Of a DNA stretch of 52,985 bases, positions 50,740 to 52,985 are shown one piece after another. The DNA is taken from assembly GCA_015231965.1 (NCBI GenBank), contig JADGAP010000002.1, positions 1-52,985 on the forward strand. The letters run 5' to 3'. The stretch comes from Magnetococcales bacterium. Lineage in GTDB: Bacteria; Pseudomonadota; Magnetococcia; Magnetococcales; JADGAP01. A model generated the notes under the pieces. It was not told the origin of the DNA. It did not search any database and saw nothing but the letters and a program-made list of their open reading frames with translations. The position numbers and the translations under genes were made by a program. The number at the start of each line of letters is the position of its first letter. Positions within the stretch are counted from its first letter, which is position 1.

Positions 50740-52740
50740 ATGCGCATTCTGCTGATCATGCCACGCTTTGCCTCGCCCCATCAGCCCTACGATTTTCCCT
50801 TGGGCATCGCCTATGTTTCGTCGGCGTTGAAGCGGGCGGGACACGAGGTGCGGTGCATCAATCTCAACACCCGTTGGCGCCCCACCGCCGAGGTGGTGAT
50901 GGAGGAGGCGCGGCGGTTTCGGCCGAAGCTCTGCGCCACCGGCGGTCTGGCCAGTTCATTGGGGGATTTGCGGGAGATTCTGGCCGCCGCCAAGGGGGTG
51001 GACGCCCGCATCGTCACGCTGCTGGGGGGGGGATTGCTCACCTCCGATCCAGAGACCGTCGCCCGACTCATCCCCTTTGACGTGGGGGTGTTGGGCGAGG
51101 GGGAGGAGCCGGTGGTGGAGGCGGCGGCGGCGCTGGAGAGCGGCGCGCCGTTGACGGCGGTGGACGGGTTGGTCCTGCCCCAGGCGGATGGAACCTTGAT
51201 CCGCACCCCGCCCCGGCGGGTGGTCAAGAACATCGACAGCTATCCCTGGCCCGACTTCGAGGGGTTCGAGGCGGACAAACTGGTGGATCTGCTGCTGCCC
51301 TACGACAACTACGCCTACCACTATTTCGACCAGCCCCGAGCCTTGCCGATCATCGCCAGCCGGTCGTGTCCCTTTGGCTGCACGTTTTGTTTTCATCCCA
51401 ACGGGCGGGTCTATCGCGAGCGCAATCTGGAGGATTTTTTGCGGGAGGGGCGCTATCTCATCGAACGGTATCGCCTGAACATGCTGCTGGTGCTGGATGA
51501 GCTGCTGGCCTTCAAGCGGGAGCGGCTGCTGGCCTTTTGCGAGGGAATGAAGGCCCTGCGGGTCCAGTGGATGTGCCAACTCCACGTCAAGGTGGTGGAT
51601 GACGAAACCTTGATCCGCCTGAAGGAAGCGGGATGCATCTACCTGAGCCTGGGGTTGGAGAGCATGAGCCCGGCGGTGTTGTCCAGCATGAAGAAAAAGG
51701 CCGACCCCGCCCAGCTGGACCGGGCCTTGGAATTGACTCATCGCCACCGTCTGGGGATTCAAGGCAACTTCATCATCGGCGACCCGGCGGAAACCCCCGA
51801 AACGGCGGCCCAGACCCTCTCCTGGTGGGAGAAAAACCCCGTCTATCAGGTGAGTTTCACCCGCTTGAAGGTGTTTCCCGGCAGTCCGGTGTTTGAGGCG
51901 GCGGTGGCGCGGGGGGTGGTGACGGATCGGGCGGCGGCGTTGCAAAATCCCGGCATCAACCTGACCGGGATGGACGACGAGACCCTGGACGCCCTCTATC
52001 GGCGCATCGCCACCCTCAACATGACCTGTCTGGAGCCTTCGGCGCTGCGTTCGTTTCAGCGGCAGACGCCGGATCATCCGGCGCGGGGTCCGTTGTACGA
52101 GGCGGCGTGGGCCTGTCGTTGGTGCGGGGCGGAAAATCGCACCCGCAACCTCTCCCCGCCGGGGGAGGGGGCACCGGGGATCACCGACGATTGGGTGTTC
52201 CACCTCAGTTGCCGCACCTGCCTGGCCCGCTCCCACGTAATGAACGTGGCCCATGCCCAGCGCCTGGATCCCGCGGCCGAGGCGTTGCTGGCCCAGGGGG
52301 AGGCGGCTTGGCGTCAGGCGCGGGGCAATGGCGACGGGACGTTGGTGCGCCGGGCGGCGGAACATTTCAGCGAGGTGCTGCATCACCATTTCGACGGTGT
52401 GGTGGAGCGCGCCCCCTGGGCGGTGATTCAGGCCGCCCGACGACTGGGAGAGTTGCACTTGCGCTTCGGCTCCCTGGAGACCGCCTTGCTCGCCCTGCGC
52501 ATCGCCGTGTTGGGCAACCCCTGGAACGCGGAACATCATGTGATGTATGGCCAGGCCCTGGTCAAGGAGGGGAGTCCGGCGGCGGCGCGAATGCATTTGC
52601 GCACCGCCCTGGCCCTGCGTCCCGACGGCGAACGCGCCTGGCGCGACCCTCTGGAACGGCTCCTCGCCGCCCTGGAGCGGGTGGAGGGCGGCGCGGGGGG
52701 CGGCTATTTTTCCCCGGACGTGGCGGCCCGAGTGAGATGA
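50740..52740 (+). CDS. B12-binding-domain radical SAM protein with a C-terminal TPR-like extension
   Basis: N-terminal cobalamin-binding-like Rossmann fold (MRILLIMPRF...PLGIAYVSSALKRAGHEVRCINLN). Radical SAM cluster motif SRSCPFGCTFC. C-terminal helical repeats (ALLALRIAVLGNPWNAEHHVMYGQALVKEGSPAAARMHLRTALALRPD). Start chosen at ATG 50740. Confidence 0.82.
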   Translation: MRILLIMPRFASPHQPYDFPLGIAYVSSALKRAGHEVRCINLNTRWRPTAEVVMEEARRFRPKLCATGGLASSLGDLREILAAAKGVDARIVTLLGGGLLTSDPETVARLIPFDVGVLGEGEEPVVEAAAALESGAPLTAVDGLVLPQADGTLIRTPPRRVVKNIDSYPWPDFEGFEADKLVDLLLPYDNYAYHYFDQPRALPIIASRSCPFGCTFCFHPNGRVYRERNLEDFLREGRYLIERYRLNMLLVLDELLAFKRERLLAFCEGMKALRVQWMCQLHVKVVDDETLIRLKEAGCIYLSLGLESMSPAVLSSMKKKADPAQLDRALELTHRHRLGIQGNFIIGDPAETPETAAQTLSWWEKNPVYQVSFTRLKVFPGSPVFEAAVARGVVTDRAAALQNPGINLTGMDDETLDALYRRIATLNMTCLEPSALRSFQRQTPDHPARGPLYEAAWACRWCGAENRTRNLSPPGEGAPGITDDWVFHLSCRTCLARSHVMNVAHAQRLDPAAEALLAQGEAAWRQARGNGDGTLVRRAAEHFSEVLHHHFDGVVERAPWAVIQAARRLGELHLRFGSLETALLALRIAVLGNPWNAEHHVMYGQALVKEGSPAAARMHLRTALALRPDGERAWRDPLERLLAALERVEGGAGGGYFSPDVAARVR

Positions 52741-52890
52741 ACGGGAGGCGGCGATGGGGGCGGTCGGAACCTCTTTCCGTCCCAGGTCGGTCCATGGGGC
52801 GCTTGAGGCGGTGCCGAGCCCCTTGCGACCATGATCGCTTTGGGCGTGTTGACCTTGGAGCGATCCGTCGTATTTGCAGCATATGTATAG

Positions 52891-52985
52891 CCATTCCATT
52901 TTAAAATTACACATGTCGTCAAGCGGCGCTTGGGTTATGCAACCAACTCCTCAACCACGAAAACGTCATTCCCGCGAAGGCGGGA
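52891..52985 (+). repeat. Partial copy of the interspersed repeat family, running off the window end
   Basis: CCATTCCATTTTAAAATTACACAT...CAAGCGGCGCTTGGGTTATGCAACCAACTCC...CGTCATTCCCGCGAAGGCGGGA is collinear with 629-720 and 478-530. Confidence 0.8.

Noticed and set aside
1-52985. Search by eye for tRNA, rRNA, tmRNA, RNase P, SRP RNA and 6S RNA signatures in the intergenic regions.
   Set aside because: I found no matches to the conserved cores I know (for example GAGGAAAGTCCGG for RNase P, or GGAAGGAAGCAGC-like for SRP). Absence by eye is not proof; a tRNAscan-SE/Infernal run would settle it.

Overview
GC-rich, gene-dense bacterial chromosomal segment with about 48 supportable protein genes. 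I saw no rRNA, tRNA or CRISPR array. The gene content fits a flagellated, sulfur-oxidising Gram-negative bacterium. Sulfur genes: dsrC-dsrM-dsrK, and a DUF302 gene followed by flavocytochrome c sulfide dehydrogenase fccA-fccB. Flagellar genes: flgD followed by two tandem flgE paralogues, plus two sigma-54 activators. Housekeeping genes: thpR, a pabB-pabC fusion, prmB, yggS, bioD, two tandem mgtE, fxsA, tsaC, tsaD and hemC-hemD. A Mesh1-like (p)ppGpp hydrolase is also present. Accessory or odd content: (1) an AT-richer two-gene cassette at 27.9-29.2 kb, in which an unrecognisable 251-aa protein is translationally coupled to a PIN-like nuclease and preceded by a perfect 14-bp palindrome. This is my best candidate for an undescribed toxin-antitoxin or defence-type module. 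(2) An AT-richer orphan gene at 24.4-25.7 kb encoding an RsbW-type GHKL ATPase fused to a STAS-like (DUF4325-type) domain. (3) An operon of three paralogous ~400-aa pilin-like proteins coupled to the Mesh1-like hydrolase. (4) A multi-copy hairpin/MITE family (TCCCGCGAAAGCGGGA core) at five loci. (5) Two group II intron remnants, one with a recognisable domain V. (6) An internally deleted IS transposase next to a GGDEF fragment. Most long ORFs antisense to these genes look like high-GC artefacts. All family assignments come from motif recognition by eye; no database search was run.
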